64,000 nucleotides of DNA from contig CAVVNC010000029.1 of the NCBI GenBank assembly GCA_963749525.1, positions 140-64,139 on the forward strand, written 5' to 3'. Below are positions 47,755-56,816 of this stretch, one piece after another (positions within the stretch are counted from its first letter, which is position 1; each line of letters starts with the position of its first letter). This stretch comes from an uncultured delta proteobacterium. Its GTDB lineage: Bacteria > Desulfobacterota > Syntrophorhabdia > Syntrophorhabdales > WCHB1-27. Under the pieces are notes generated by a model, which was not told where the DNA came from, made no database searches, and saw only the letters and a program-made list of their open reading frames with translations. The position numbers were made by a program, and so were the translations under genes.

Positions 47755-48997
47755 CTGTGAGCAAAAGGCTCCTGATGAGATCGAGGGTTGCGGGGCTTCC
47801 GTTCTTCTTGATCATGACGAGGTGGGGATGGATGATCTTGTTGATGATCGAACGGGTGAGCGCGTCGAGCTGTCGCTCGGTTTCCGGGTCCGCCCCTTTG
47901 AGCTTCTGGAGCGTTTTTTTCAGCTCCCTGTGGCGCATGGCTTCGAGATTCTCCCGGATCTGGGCGATGAGAGGGTTCATCTCGAGCTGTTTGAGCCAGA
48001 GGCCGAACCTCTCGACCTCTTCGTCCACGATCGCATGGGCCTTCTGTGACTCCTGCATCCTGTTCAAAAGGTGGGCCTGGGCGAGCCCCTTGAGATCGTC
48101 GATATCATAGAGGTAGACGTTCTCCATGTCGTTCACCGATGGCTCGATGTCCCTGGGTATGGCGATATCGATGAAGAAGAGGGGCCGGTTCTTTCTCAAT
48201 TTCATGGCATGGGTCACCATGGCCTTGTCGATGATGGGCTCGTCCGCCCCGGTGGAGGAGAGGACCATGTCCGCCTTGAGGAGAAGCTCCGGTATCTCTT
48301 CGAAGGGATACGCGCTGCCGATGATCTCCTCGGCGAGGCGCTGTGCCTTCGCCAACGTCCGGTTCGTCACGAAGACCTCCTGAAGCCCTCCTTTCTTGAA
48401 GTGCTTGAGGGCGATCTCGCACATCTCACCCGCCCCTATCACGAGTATCTGCCGGCGGCCGAGGTCGCCGAAGATCTTGCGTGCCAGCTCCACCGCCATG
48501 CCGCTGATGGAGACAGGGTCATACCCTATCCTCGTCTCCGTGCGCACCCGTTTTGCCACCTGAAAGGCCCGGTGGAAGACTTTCTGGAAGAAAGGACCCG
48601 ACGCGCTTAAGGAGCAGGCCGATTGATAGGCTTCCTTGACCTGTCCGAGGATCTGCGGCTCCCCCACGACCATTGAATCAAGGCCGGAAGCCACAAGGAA
48701 AAGGTGCTTGTACGCCTCTTCGTCGCACATGGTGTACGTGTATTCCTCAAGCCACTTCCGGTCGACGTTGAAGCGGCCCGTCAGGGTCCCAACGACGGCA
48801 GCCTTCAACGCATCGATGTCGCCGCTTGACGCGTAGACCTCGGTCCTGTTGCATGTGGAGAGGACCATTGCTTCCTCTGCTCCCCTCTCCGTCAGCTCTT
48901 TGAGCAGGTCGCCGAGGACCTCTTCGGAAACGTAGAGCCTCTCCCTCGCTTCGACGGGCGCGGTCGTATGATTGAGACCGAGGATTACCAGATGCAT
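47708..48997 (-). CDS. hemA: glutamyl-tRNA reductase
   Basis: MHLVILGLNHTTAPVEARE...LSTCNRTEVY...GAGEM are HemA signatures. Confidence 0.9.
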   Translation of the reverse strand: MHLVILGLNHTTAPVEARERLYVSEEVLGDLLKELTERGAEEAMVLSTCNRTEVYASSGDIDALKAAVVGTLTGRFNVDRKWLEEYTYTMCDEEAYKHLFLVASGLDSMVVGEPQILGQVKEAYQSACSLSASGPFFQKVFHRAFQVAKRVRTETRIGYDPVSISGMAVELARKIFGDLGRRQILVIGAGEMCEIALKHFKKGGLQEVFVTNRTLAKAQRLAEEIIGSAYPFEEIPELLLKADMVLSSTGADEPIIDKAMVTHAMKLRKNRPLFFIDIAIPRDIEPSVNDMENVYLYDIDDLKGLAQAHLLNRMQESQKAHAIVDEEVERFGLWLKQLEMNPLIAQIRENLEAMRHRELKKTLQKLKGADPETERQLDALTRSIINKIIHPHLVMIKKNGSPATLDLIRSLLLTGAENEKDMDSGDKGE

Positions 48998-49007
48998 AGG
49001 TGGCCAT

Positions 49008-49826
49008 TCAGATGTATGAATGGAGTCCTCCCAAGAAAAAGCTGACGCCGATGAAGGTGATGAGGACGGAGACGAAGCCGGCGATCATCATGTAGGCCGT
49101 CCTTCTCCCCCTCCAGCCGATGGCGAGCCTGTTGTGGATGAGCACCGCGTAGACGATCCAGGTGATGAGGGACCACGTCTCCTTGGGGTCCCAGTTCCAG
49201 TACGAGCCCCATGCCAGCTCAGCCCAGAGGGAGCCGGTTATTATGCCGAGCGTGAGAAAAGGGAAACCGTAGGACATGCATTTGTAGTTGATGCGGTCGA
49301 GGGTCTCGAGGGAAGGGAAGCGCCCCGATATCTCCCGCATCTTCTTCCTCTTTATCCCCCTCTCGATGAGGAGGTAGACGATCGACACGAGAAACCCCGC
49401 AAAGAAGATCGCGTTGCCCAGGAAGGCGAAGGACGTGTGGATGGGGAGCCAATAGCTCCTCAGCATGGGCGAGAGGGGTCTGATCTGCGTGGGAAAGGAG
49501 AGGGTGACGATGACTATTACGGAAAGCACGGGAAGAAAAATGCTTCCCAGGATCTCTATGCGGTAGGCCTTGCGGAGAAAGATGAAAAAGCCGGCAATGC
49601 AGAGGGCAAAGAAGGAGAGGGATTCGTGGATGCTGGTGATGGGCGTGTATCCTTCGGCCCCATAGCGCACGGCTATGGCAAGGACATGAAGGCCGAAGCC
49701 TGCAAGGAGGGCATAGTAGCCCAATTTCTCCAGGCTTTTCCTGCCGCTCGCGAGCGTGGCGAGATAGCAGAAGGTCGATGCGAGATAGAGGAGAAGCACC
49801 GGGTACAACGCGAATTGGACGATCAT
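49008..49826 (-). CDS. cytochrome c assembly protein family (CcsA-like / HemX-type) membrane protein
   Basis: 8-TM ORF with the W-rich motif WGSYWNWDPKETWSLITW. It lies immediately upstream of hemA, as in hemAX-type operons. Confidence 0.8.
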   Translation of the reverse strand: MIVQFALYPVLLLYLASTFCYLATLASGRKSLEKLGYYALLAGFGLHVLAIAVRYGAEGYTPITSIHESLSFFALCIAGFFIFLRKAYRIEILGSIFLPVLSVIVIVTLSFPTQIRPLSPMLRSYWLPIHTSFAFLGNAIFFAGFLVSIVYLLIERGIKRKKMREISGRFPSLETLDRINYKCMSYGFPFLTLGIITGSLWAELAWGSYWNWDPKETWSLITWIVYAVLIHNRLAIGWRGRRTAYMMIAGFVSVLITFIGVSFFLGGLHSYI

Positions 49827-49856
49827 CCCGCTCCTTAAGATGCGCTATGCTGAAGT

Positions 49857-49885
49857 ATTGTAAATCATTAGGGGGCGCGGGGCAA
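49857..49885 (-). promoter_or_regulatory. candidate sigma70 promoter of the ccsA-like/hemA/hemC operon (TTGCCC-17-TACAAT)
   Basis: Minus strand: cTTGCCCcgcgccccctaatgattTACAATac, about 30 nt upstream of the AAGGAG-ATG of the ccsA-like gene. Confidence 0.45.
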
Positions 49886-50004
49886 GATTAGGAACAAACC
49901 AGGGCTAGCCGATCCTGCGATAGGCCTAGTGCCATGGCAAGCTTGTAGTGTCGTCTAAAGCCGGCCGGACCTGCACGTCGACCCCAAGCCTTTTCTTCCC
50001 GACG

Positions 50005-50280
50005 CTAGTACCGAATGGAGAAGCCCTTAAACGCTCCGGAAGGCTCTTCCCAGTTCACGTCCACGCGGTCGACCCGGGCCCCCAGGGGACCTTGCCTGCA
50101 CCAGTCGATGAGGGCCTGTATCAGGCTGTCCTCCCCTTGCGCCACTACCTCCACATCCCCGTTCGGCAGGTTCCGGACCGTGCCGCCGAGGCCGAGGGCG
50201 TCGGCCCGATCCTTAGTAGTGTAGCGGTAGTACACACCCTGAACGATCCCGGAGACGACTATGACTGCCTTGCGTATCAT
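50005..50280 (-). CDS. acyP: acylphosphatase
   Basis: 91 aa. VSGIVQGVYYRYTT...GTVRNLPNGDVEVVAQG is the acylphosphatase signature. Confidence 0.85.
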   Translation of the reverse strand: MIRKAVIVVSGIVQGVYYRYTTKDRADALGLGGTVRNLPNGDVEVVAQGEDSLIQALIDWCRQGPLGARVDRVDVNWEEPSGAFKGFSIRY

Positions 50281-50287
50281 GGTTTTT

Positions 50288-50317
50288 TTGTTGAAGAGGC
50301 AATCTTTGTATTATAAT
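50288..50317 (+). promoter_or_regulatory. candidate sigma70 promoter of the second giant gene (perfect TATAAT at 50312-50317)
   Basis: ttTTGTTGAAGaggcaatctttgtatTATAATc. The -35 is either TTGTTG (18-nt spacer) or TTGAAG (15-nt spacer). It lies about 75 nt before ATG 50392. Confidence 0.4.
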
Positions 50318-50391
50318 CTAACTGTGCCATAAGTGGCAATCAACAGGAATCTCAGAAAATTCATTGTCCGGAGCTGAGTTGGAGGAAACCA

Positions 50392-53300
50392 ATGGTTAGG
50401 ATTGGCCTTGACATAGGTTCTGTAAGCGTGAACCTCGCCGTGGTCGATGAAAAGGGAAGCGTAGTTGAAGACAGATACGTCCGCCACATGGGCAAGGCAA
50501 TGCACAAGGCGGCCGAGTTGCTTGAGGAGATGCAGACCGTCTATGGTCGCGAGATCGAATTCGTGGCCACTACCGGGACCGGCTCAAAGACATTCGCCCC
50601 TCTCGCGGGCGCCTCTTTTACGAACGAGATTATCGCCCTTACGAAGGCCTTCCACTACCTCTATCCCCGTGTGGGAAGCGTGATAGACATAGGGGGGGAA
50701 GACTCCAAGTTCATCATATTCGACAAAGACACCCGCAATGGGGCCTTAAGGATCAAAGACTTTTCCATGAACACCCTCTGCGCGGCAGGCACGGGCTCCT
50801 TCCTCGACCAGCAAGCATCGAGGCTCGGCTTCACCATCGAGGAGTTTGCGGAGGTTGCCCTGAAATCGAAGAACACACCGAGGATCGCAGGGCGGTGCAC
50901 GGTCTTCGCGAAATCGGATATGATCCACCTCCAGCAGATAGCGACGCCCGACTACGACCTCGTGGCAGGCCTCTGCTTTGCCCTTGCCCGTAATTTCAAG
51001 AGCAACATAGCCAAGGGTAAAGAGGTGAGAAAGCCCGTTGCCTTCATTGGCGGGGTGGCGCAAAACGCGGGTATGCTCAAGGCGATAAAGGGAGTCTTTC
51101 TCCTGGAAGACGACCAGCTCATCGTGCCCGAGCATTTCACCTCCATGGGCGCCCTCGGGGCGATCTACGCCGTCCTCGACGATCCCGCGTTGAAGCAGCA
51201 GTTCACGGGAGTGGAGAAGGTGAGGGAGCACCTGGCAAAGACGGAAGTCACGGAGTCCCACGAGCCCCTCGTCATATCGGAGAGGAACCTCAATATCGTC
51301 TACGAGGTGAAGAAGCCGAAAGAGAAGGTAAAGGCGTATCTCGGCGTCGACGTGGGCTCCATCAGCACGAATGTCGTGGCCATCGACGAGGATTGGAATG
51401 TCCTCTCCAAGCGGTACCTCATGACTGAAGGGCGGCCCCTGGAAGCGGTGAAACGCGGCCTCGACGAGGTGGGGGCGGAGATAGGCGATTTCGTCGAGAT
51501 CATGGGTGTGGGCACCACGGGCTCCGGCCGGTATCTCACGGCCGATTTCATCGGCGCGGACCTCGTGAGGAACGAGATCACGGCCCAGGCCGAGGCGGCA
51601 ATAGCCATAGACCCCGAGGTGGACACCGTCTTCGAGATCGGCGGGCAGGATTCGAAGTACATCAGCATCGACAACGGGGTGATCGTCGATTTCGAGATGA
51701 ACAAGGCCTGCGCCGCAGGCACTGGCTCTTTCCTCGAAGAGCAGGCGGAAAGACTGGGCGTCTCCATCAAGGAAGAGTTCTCGAAGCTCGCCCTCTCGGC
51801 GAAGGGCCCCACGAGGATGGGGGAGAGGTGCACGGTATTCATAGAGTCGGACGTGATGCACTGCCAGCAGGGAGGTGCCCACACGGACGATATCGTTGCG
51901 GGCCTCTGCTATTCCATAGTGCTCAACTACCTCAATAAGGTGGTGGGAGATAGAAGGGTGGGAAAGAAGATCTTCTTTCAGGGCGGGACCGCCTTCAACA
52001 AAGGGGTGGTTGCAGCCTTCGAGAAGGTGTGCGGCAAGCCCATCACCGTGCCCTCCCATCATGATGTGACGGGCGCCATCGGTGTTGCCATACTCGCCAT
52101 GAAGGAGAAAGACTGGGAGAAGAGCACCTTCAAGGGCTTCGACCTGAGTAAGAGGCCCTACGCGATCGATACCTTCGAGTGCAAGGGATGTGAGAACCTG
52201 TGCGAGATCAGGAGGGTCACGTGCGAGGGTGAGAAGCCCCTCTACTACGGGAGCCGGTGCGAGAAGTACGACGTGGTGAGGCACGTGAAGACAGTGGAGA
52301 AGACAGACCTCTTCAAGATCAGGGAAGAGCTGCTCCACAACATGTACGACCGCAATGTCGACGGCGAGAAGATCGGCATACCGAAAATCCTCAACATGCA
52401 CGAGCTGCTGCCTTTCTGGCGCAGTTTCCTGACGGAGCTTGGCTTTTCCGTCGTCCTTTCCGATTCCACGAACAAGAAGGTGATCAAGGACGGCGTGGAG
52501 AATATCATCGTCGAATCCTGCTTTCCCATCAAGCTTGCCCACGGCCACATACTGAACATCGTGGGCAAGGGGATCAACAGGGTCTTCATGCCGAGCGTCA
52601 TAGACATGAAGAAGCCTTCCGAGAGCGTGGCGGGCAGCTTCGCCTGCCCGTATGCCCAGTCGCTCCCCTATACGGCGAAGGCCTCCATCGACTTCGAGGA
52701 GCTGGGGGTCAAGATGGAGTCGCCCATCGTCTACTTCGGTCAGGGAAGGAAGAAGACCCTCTCCAACCTCGTCGCCTTCGGGAAGAGGCTCGGGAAGTCG
52801 AGGAAAGAAGTCGAGCACGCCTACAACATCGCGAGCGATATCCAGGACCGTTTCGCCCGCAGGTGCCTTGACGAGGGGATGAGGTTTCTCGCGGACATTA
52901 AGCCGAACGAGAAGGTGATGGTCCTCGTGGGGAGGCCGTACAACAGCATGGACTCCGGCGCCAACCTGAACGTGCACAAGAAGCTCCTCGACCTCGGCGT
53001 CGCGTCCATCCCGATAGACATGCTCCCCCTCGACAAGGTCGAGGCCGACGAAGACCTGAAAGACATGTACTGGGGGTACGGCCAGAAAATCCTGAGGGCG
53101 GCAAAGATCGTCAAGTCCCATCCCAACCTCTACGCGGTCTATGTCACGAACTTCGGGTGCGGTCCCGATTCGTTCATCACCCATTTCTTCAAGAAGATCA
53201 TGGACGGAAAGCCCTTCCTCCAGCTGGAGATCGACGAGCACAGCGGAGACGCAGGGCTCATCACCCGCCTGGAGGCCTTTCTCGACAGCATCAAGAACGC

Positions 53301-54558
53301 GAAGGTCGAGACAAAGACGGAAAAGAGGCAGGTATCCCCGTTCATGACCGACGGACGGGCCCGGAAGGTCTACATACCCTACATGTCCGACCACTCCATA
53401 CCCTTCGTGGGCGCGTTCAAGGCATGCGGCGTCGATGCCGCGGTGATGGAGGAATCGGACGAGGAGACGGTGCAGATCGGACGGAAGCACACGCTGGGAA
53501 AGGAATGCTATCCCTGCATCCTCACCACGGGCGACATGCTGAAGACGAGCAAGCGGGCCGATTTCGACCCGGAGCGGAGCGCCTTTTTCATGCCTTCCGG
53601 CTCCGGACCGTGCCGGTTCGGCCAGTACCACCGCTTCCACCGAATGGTGCTCTCCGAGCACGGCTTCGACAATGTCCCTATCTATGCCCCCAATCAGGAC
53701 GATAAGCTTTACAATGAATTGAATATTCTCGGCGGCAGGTTCATGAGGCTGGGGTGGAGGGCCATCGTGGCAACCGACCTTCTCATCAAGATGCTTCACG
53801 AGACGCGTCCGTACGAGAAGAACCCGGGGGACACGGACAGGGTTTATAAGGAGCATCTCTTCAGCATCAAGGCAGCCATAGAGAAAGGCGGGGACGAGGT
53901 TTTCGGGGCCCTCGAGAATGCGGTACAGGCGTTTCTCGCCATCCCGAGGACGGGCAAGCAGAAGCCGGTTGTGGGCATCGTGGGGGAGATCTACATCCGC
54001 TCCAACAGGTTCGGCAACAACCAACTGGTGAGAAGAGTCGAAGAGTTCGGCGGAGAGGCCTGGCTCGCGCCCGTCACCGAGTGGGTGACCTACGTCAACT
54101 ACATGGGCAAGAAGAAGAGCATGAACAATGCAGGCATGAACAAGGCAAGTCTCTCCAGTCTCTTCAGCATCGTGCTCTCCGATTACATACAGAGGAAGGA
54201 AGAGCACCGCATGGAGAAGATCTTCGAGCATTACCTGAGGCATGGGGAAGAGCCGGCCATCAGGCAGGTGCTCAACCAGGCCATGCCCTACATAGACGAG
54301 AGCTTCGAAGGGGAAGCCATACTGAGCGTGGGAAAGAGCATCGATTTCATCCACAAGGGGGCCTCCGGCATCATCAATGCCATGCCTTTCACCTGCATGC
54401 CGGGCACCATCTCGAGCGCCATCATGAAGCTCATCCAGAGCAAGTACGACGTGCCCGTTTTCAACGTGGCCTACGACGGTCAGGGAGAGACGAACATCAC
54501 GACGCGGCTGGAAGCCTTCATGCACCAGGTGAAGGAGTATCACCGGAACAGCGAATAG
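50392..54558 (+). CDS. giant fusion protein, paralog of 29671..34008: two activase-type ASKHA ATPase domains + Cys motif + DUF2229/dehydratase-like half
   Basis: 1,388 aa intact, RBS GGAGGA. GLDIGSVS...NTLCAAGTGSFLDQQ...GRCTVFAKSD, then GVDVGSISTN...NKACAAGTGSFLEEQ...ERCTVFIESD, then CKGCENLCEIRRVTCEG...C. Confidence 0.85.
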   Translation: MVRIGLDIGSVSVNLAVVDEKGSVVEDRYVRHMGKAMHKAAELLEEMQTVYGREIEFVATTGTGSKTFAPLAGASFTNEIIALTKAFHYLYPRVGSVIDIGGEDSKFIIFDKDTRNGALRIKDFSMNTLCAAGTGSFLDQQASRLGFTIEEFAEVALKSKNTPRIAGRCTVFAKSDMIHLQQIATPDYDLVAGLCFALARNFKSNIAKGKEVRKPVAFIGGVAQNAGMLKAIKGVFLLEDDQLIVPEHFTSMGALGAIYAVLDDPALKQQFTGVEKVREHLAKTEVTESHEPLVISERNLNIVYEVKKPKEKVKAYLGVDVGSISTNVVAIDEDWNVLSKRYLMTEGRPLEAVKRGLDEVGAEIGDFVEIMGVGTTGSGRYLTADFIGADLVRNEITAQAEAAIAIDPEVDTVFEIGGQDSKYISIDNGVIVDFEMNKACAAGTGSFLEEQAERLGVSIKEEFSKLALSAKGPTRMGERCTVFIESDVMHCQQGGAHTDDIVAGLCYSIVLNYLNKVVGDRRVGKKIFFQGGTAFNKGVVAAFEKVCGKPITVPSHHDVTGAIGVAILAMKEKDWEKSTFKGFDLSKRPYAIDTFECKGCENLCEIRRVTCEGEKPLYYGSRCEKYDVVRHVKTVEKTDLFKIREELLHNMYDRNVDGEKIGIPKILNMHELLPFWRSFLTELGFSVVLSDSTNKKVIKDGVENIIVESCFPIKLAHGHILNIVGKGINRVFMPSVIDMKKPSESVAGSFACPYAQSLPYTAKASIDFEELGVKMESPIVYFGQGRKKTLSNLVAFGKRLGKSRKEVEHAYNIASDIQDRFARRCLDEGMRFLADIKPNEKVMVLVGRPYNSMDSGANLNVHKKLLDLGVASIPIDMLPLDKVEADEDLKDMYWGYGQKILRAAKIVKSHPNLYAVYVTNFGCGPDSFITHFFKKIMDGKPFLQLEIDEHSGDAGLITRLEAFLDSIKNAKVETKTEKRQVSPFMTDGRARKVYIPYMSDHSIPFVGAFKACGVDAAVMEESDEETVQIGRKHTLGKECYPCILTTGDMLKTSKRADFDPERSAFFMPSGSGPCRFGQYHRFHRMVLSEHGFDNVPIYAPNQDDKLYNELNILGGRFMRLGWRAIVATDLLIKMLHETRPYEKNPGDTDRVYKEHLFSIKAAIEKGGDEVFGALENAVQAFLAIPRTGKQKPVVGIVGEIYIRSNRFGNNQLVRRVEEFGGEAWLAPVTEWVTYVNYMGKKKSMNNAGMNKASLSSLFSIVLSDYIQRKEEHRMEKIFEHYLRHGEEPAIRQVLNQAMPYIDESFEGEAILSVGKSIDFIHKGASGIINAMPFTCMPGTISSAIMKLIQSKYDVPVFNVAYDGQGETNITTRLEAFMHQVKEYHRNSE

Positions 54559-54574
54559 GGGGCCAAAACCCCAG

Positions 54575-54739
54575 CCACAAAACCGAGCGAAGCGAGGCTT
54601 AAGCGGGCAGGCCGGGGCACCCCGAAGCGGGTCGTGAGCCTTGCCTGTGGAGGGGGTGCTGAACCAGGACAAAACGAGCGTAAGCGAGACTGAGCGGGGA
54701 GGCTCCGCAGCTTTGCCTGTGGAGGGGGTGCTGAACCCC
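54575..54739 (-). repeat. two tandem inverted copies of repeat module Y
   Basis: Reverse complement: ggggttcagcaccccctccacaggcaaagctgcggagcctccccgctcagtctcgcttacgctcg, then tggttcagcaccccctccacaggcaag...gcctcgcttcgctcg. The second copy carries an insertion of about 30 nt. Confidence 0.65.
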
Positions 54740-54783
54740 AACGACTGTCCTTAGCCTCTGAGCTTCCTGCTGCGAGAAGATAG

Positions 54784-56109
54784 ATGAATATCCTCTGGGC
54801 GATCATCGTCATCATTCTTCTTATCATCATCAACGGCATCTTCTCGGCCGGCGAGTTTGCCATCGTCTCCTCCCGCAAGAGCAAGATCAAGGAGATGATC
54901 AAGGAAGGTGGCGGGAAGGAGAAGCAGGCCCGTAAGCTCCTCGAGATGCGGGAGCAGCCGGAGAACTTCCTTTCCCTTATCCAGATAGGCATCACCATCG
55001 TCGGCACTCTTGCCTCGGCCATAGGCGGGGTCATCTCCGTTACCTACGTGGCGCCCCTCATAAGGCAGATCCCTTATGCGGGTCCGGTTTCCGAGACTGT
55101 AGCCCTCATCCTCGTGGTCATCGTCCTCACCTACTTCATCATGGTCGCAGGGGAGCTTGTGCCGAAATACATCGGGATACACTACCGGGAGAGGGCGGCC
55201 CTCCAGCTGGTGCCTGTTTTCACTTTTCTCTCGAAGATACTCTTCTTCCTCGTGTGGGTCCTCAACCGATCGACCTCCTCCATTATGCGCATCCTGAAGC
55301 TGAAGAAGACGGATGAGGTGATCGGCGAGGAGGAGATCAAGGTGCTCCTCGAAGAGGGAAGGCTTCAAGGAGTCTTCGACCGGACGGAGGAGGAGCTGAT
55401 CCACAGCGTCTTCGAGTTCGTGGACCGGTCGGTCAAGGAGATCATGGTGCCCCGGCCGAACATCTACGCCCTCGACATGGAGAAGCCCCAGGAAGAGACC
55501 GTGCGCTTCATCGTGGAGAACGAGTTTTCCCGCTATCCGGCATACAGGGACCACCTCGACAGGATCCTCGGCATCGTCTATCAGAAGGACGTGATGAGGA
55601 CCATATGGCTCGAAAAGCCGCTGGAGCTGGAGAAAATACTGAAGAGGGCCTATTTTGTCCCGGATACCATGAAGATCAGCGTCCTGTTCAAGGACATGCA
55701 GAAGAGGCGGGTGCACCTCGCCATCGTGGTCGATGAGTACGGGACCACGGCAGGAATCGTGACCCTGGAAGACATCATGGAGGAGATCTTCGGCGAGATC
55801 ATGGATGAGACGGACGTGGACATCCAGATAGAGAGGAACAAGGACGGCTCTATCATGGTGGACGGCTCCTACTCCATCCGGGACCTGAACAACTCCCTCA
55901 ACATGAACCTCCCCGAATCGCCCGACTACGAGACGCTCGGGGGCTTTATCCTCTCGGAGATCCAGGGCATTGCGCGGGGCGGGGAGATAGTGACGTACAA
56001 CGACTACAAGCTCACCGTGGTCGGCATCCACGGCAGAAGGATCGCCAAGGTGAAGATAGAGAAGACGAGCAGGAAAAGGGGTGAAGGTGATGTCAGATCC
56101 GGTCCTTGA
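54784..56109 (+). CDS. CNNM/HlyC-CorC family transporter (DUF21 + CBS pair + CorC_HlyC)
   Basis: 441 aa. The N-terminal TM DUF21 is followed by a CBS pair (VKEIMVPRPNIYALD...) and the C-terminal YKLTVVGIHGRRIAKVKI. Confidence 0.85.
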   Translation: MNILWAIIVIILLIIINGIFSAGEFAIVSSRKSKIKEMIKEGGGKEKQARKLLEMREQPENFLSLIQIGITIVGTLASAIGGVISVTYVAPLIRQIPYAGPVSETVALILVVIVLTYFIMVAGELVPKYIGIHYRERAALQLVPVFTFLSKILFFLVWVLNRSTSSIMRILKLKKTDEVIGEEEIKVLLEEGRLQGVFDRTEEELIHSVFEFVDRSVKEIMVPRPNIYALDMEKPQEETVRFIVENEFSRYPAYRDHLDRILGIVYQKDVMRTIWLEKPLELEKILKRAYFVPDTMKISVLFKDMQKRRVHLAIVVDEYGTTAGIVTLEDIMEEIFGEIMDETDVDIQIERNKDGSIMVDGSYSIRDLNNSLNMNLPESPDYETLGGFILSEIQGIARGGEIVTYNDYKLTVVGIHGRRIAKVKIEKTSRKRGEGDVRSGP

Positions 56110-56683
56110 AGTTTTTTCCGACTATGGCTGACCGTGGTGCTATTTCAGTACGGAGCGTACTGATCGGCTGAAAAAGGCGCGCGGAATCGAAATCCAATGG
56201 CTCGCCTTCCCCCTCCATCCGGAGATCCCCGAAGAGGGTCTGACGCTGGATGAGTTTTTTGCCGGCCGCCGGATGGATATCCGGGCTGCCCAGGAGCGCC
56301 TCGAAAAGGTAGCGGCTTCGCTATCTCTGCCTCTCGCCCCCCGCACCAGGATCTACAACACCCGCCTGGCCCAGGAGCTGGCCAAATGGGCAGAATCCCA
56401 AGGAAAGGGGGATGATTTCCATCATGCGGCTTTCAGGGCCTATTTCGCGGAAGGAAGGAACATCGGCGTGATTGAGGAATTGGCGGCCCTGGCCGCGTCG
56501 ACGGGGCTTCCGGCGGACGAGGCCCTGCAAGTGATCCGGCAAAGGAGCTTCCGGCAGGCGGTAGATGCCGATTGGGCCCGAGCCCACGGCTTGGGGATTT
56601 CGGCGGTCCCTACTTTCCTATTCGACCATCGAAGAATGGTCGGCTTTCAACCTTACGAGGCCTTGGTGCAGCTCACCGAGTGA
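56090..56683 (+). CDS. DsbA/FrnE-like thiol:disulfide oxidoreductase with in-frame UGA (probable selenocysteine) in the redox motif U-P-W-C
   Basis: ATG 56090 ... EVFSDYG-TGA(56129-56131)-PWCYFSTERTDRLKK...WLAFPLHPEIPEEG is in the same frame as track ORF 56273..56683, and the TGA is the only stop in between. The TGA occupies the position of the first Cys of the DsbA-family CPWC motif. A hairpin lies 13 nt downstream. Confidence 0.75.
56145..56163 (+). promoter_or_regulatory. candidate bacterial SECIS hairpin
   Basis: tCAGTACG-gag-CGTACTGa: a 7-8 bp perfect stem with a G-containing 3-nt loop, starting 13 nt after the UGA. Confidence 0.5.
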
Positions 56684-56690
56684 GTCCGCG

Positions 56691-56816
56691 TCACGGGCCT
56701 TCTTCGAAGACGCCCATGGCCCTGAATTGCAGCGTCACGGGCCTTCTTCGAAGACGCCCATGGCCCTGAATTGCAGCGTCACGGGCCTTCTTCGAAGACG
56801 CCCATGGCCCTGAATT
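56691..56816. repeat. 44-bp tandem repeat x2.9 that reiterates the accA 3' end including its stop codon
   Basis: tcacgggccttcttcgaagacgcccatggccctgaattgcagcg occurs at 56691-56734 and 56735-56778 (identical). The first 38 bp recur at 56779-56816, which is the real accA end (reverse complement encodes FRAMGVFEEGP*). Confidence 0.85.

Noticed and set aside
50746-54741. 1,331-aa ORF on the minus strand
   Set aside because: It is entirely antisense to the well-supported 1,388-aa activase-fusion gene. Its composition is dominated by R/G/H/P/L/V, typical of shadow ORFs in GC-rich DNA. It starts inside the Y-repeat array and has no recognisable motifs.
56691-56816. Possible CRISPR array (regular 44-bp periodicity)
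   Set aside because: The units are contiguous with no unique spacers, there are only about 3 copies, and the unit is simply the accA 3' end. It is a tandem duplication, not a CRISPR array.
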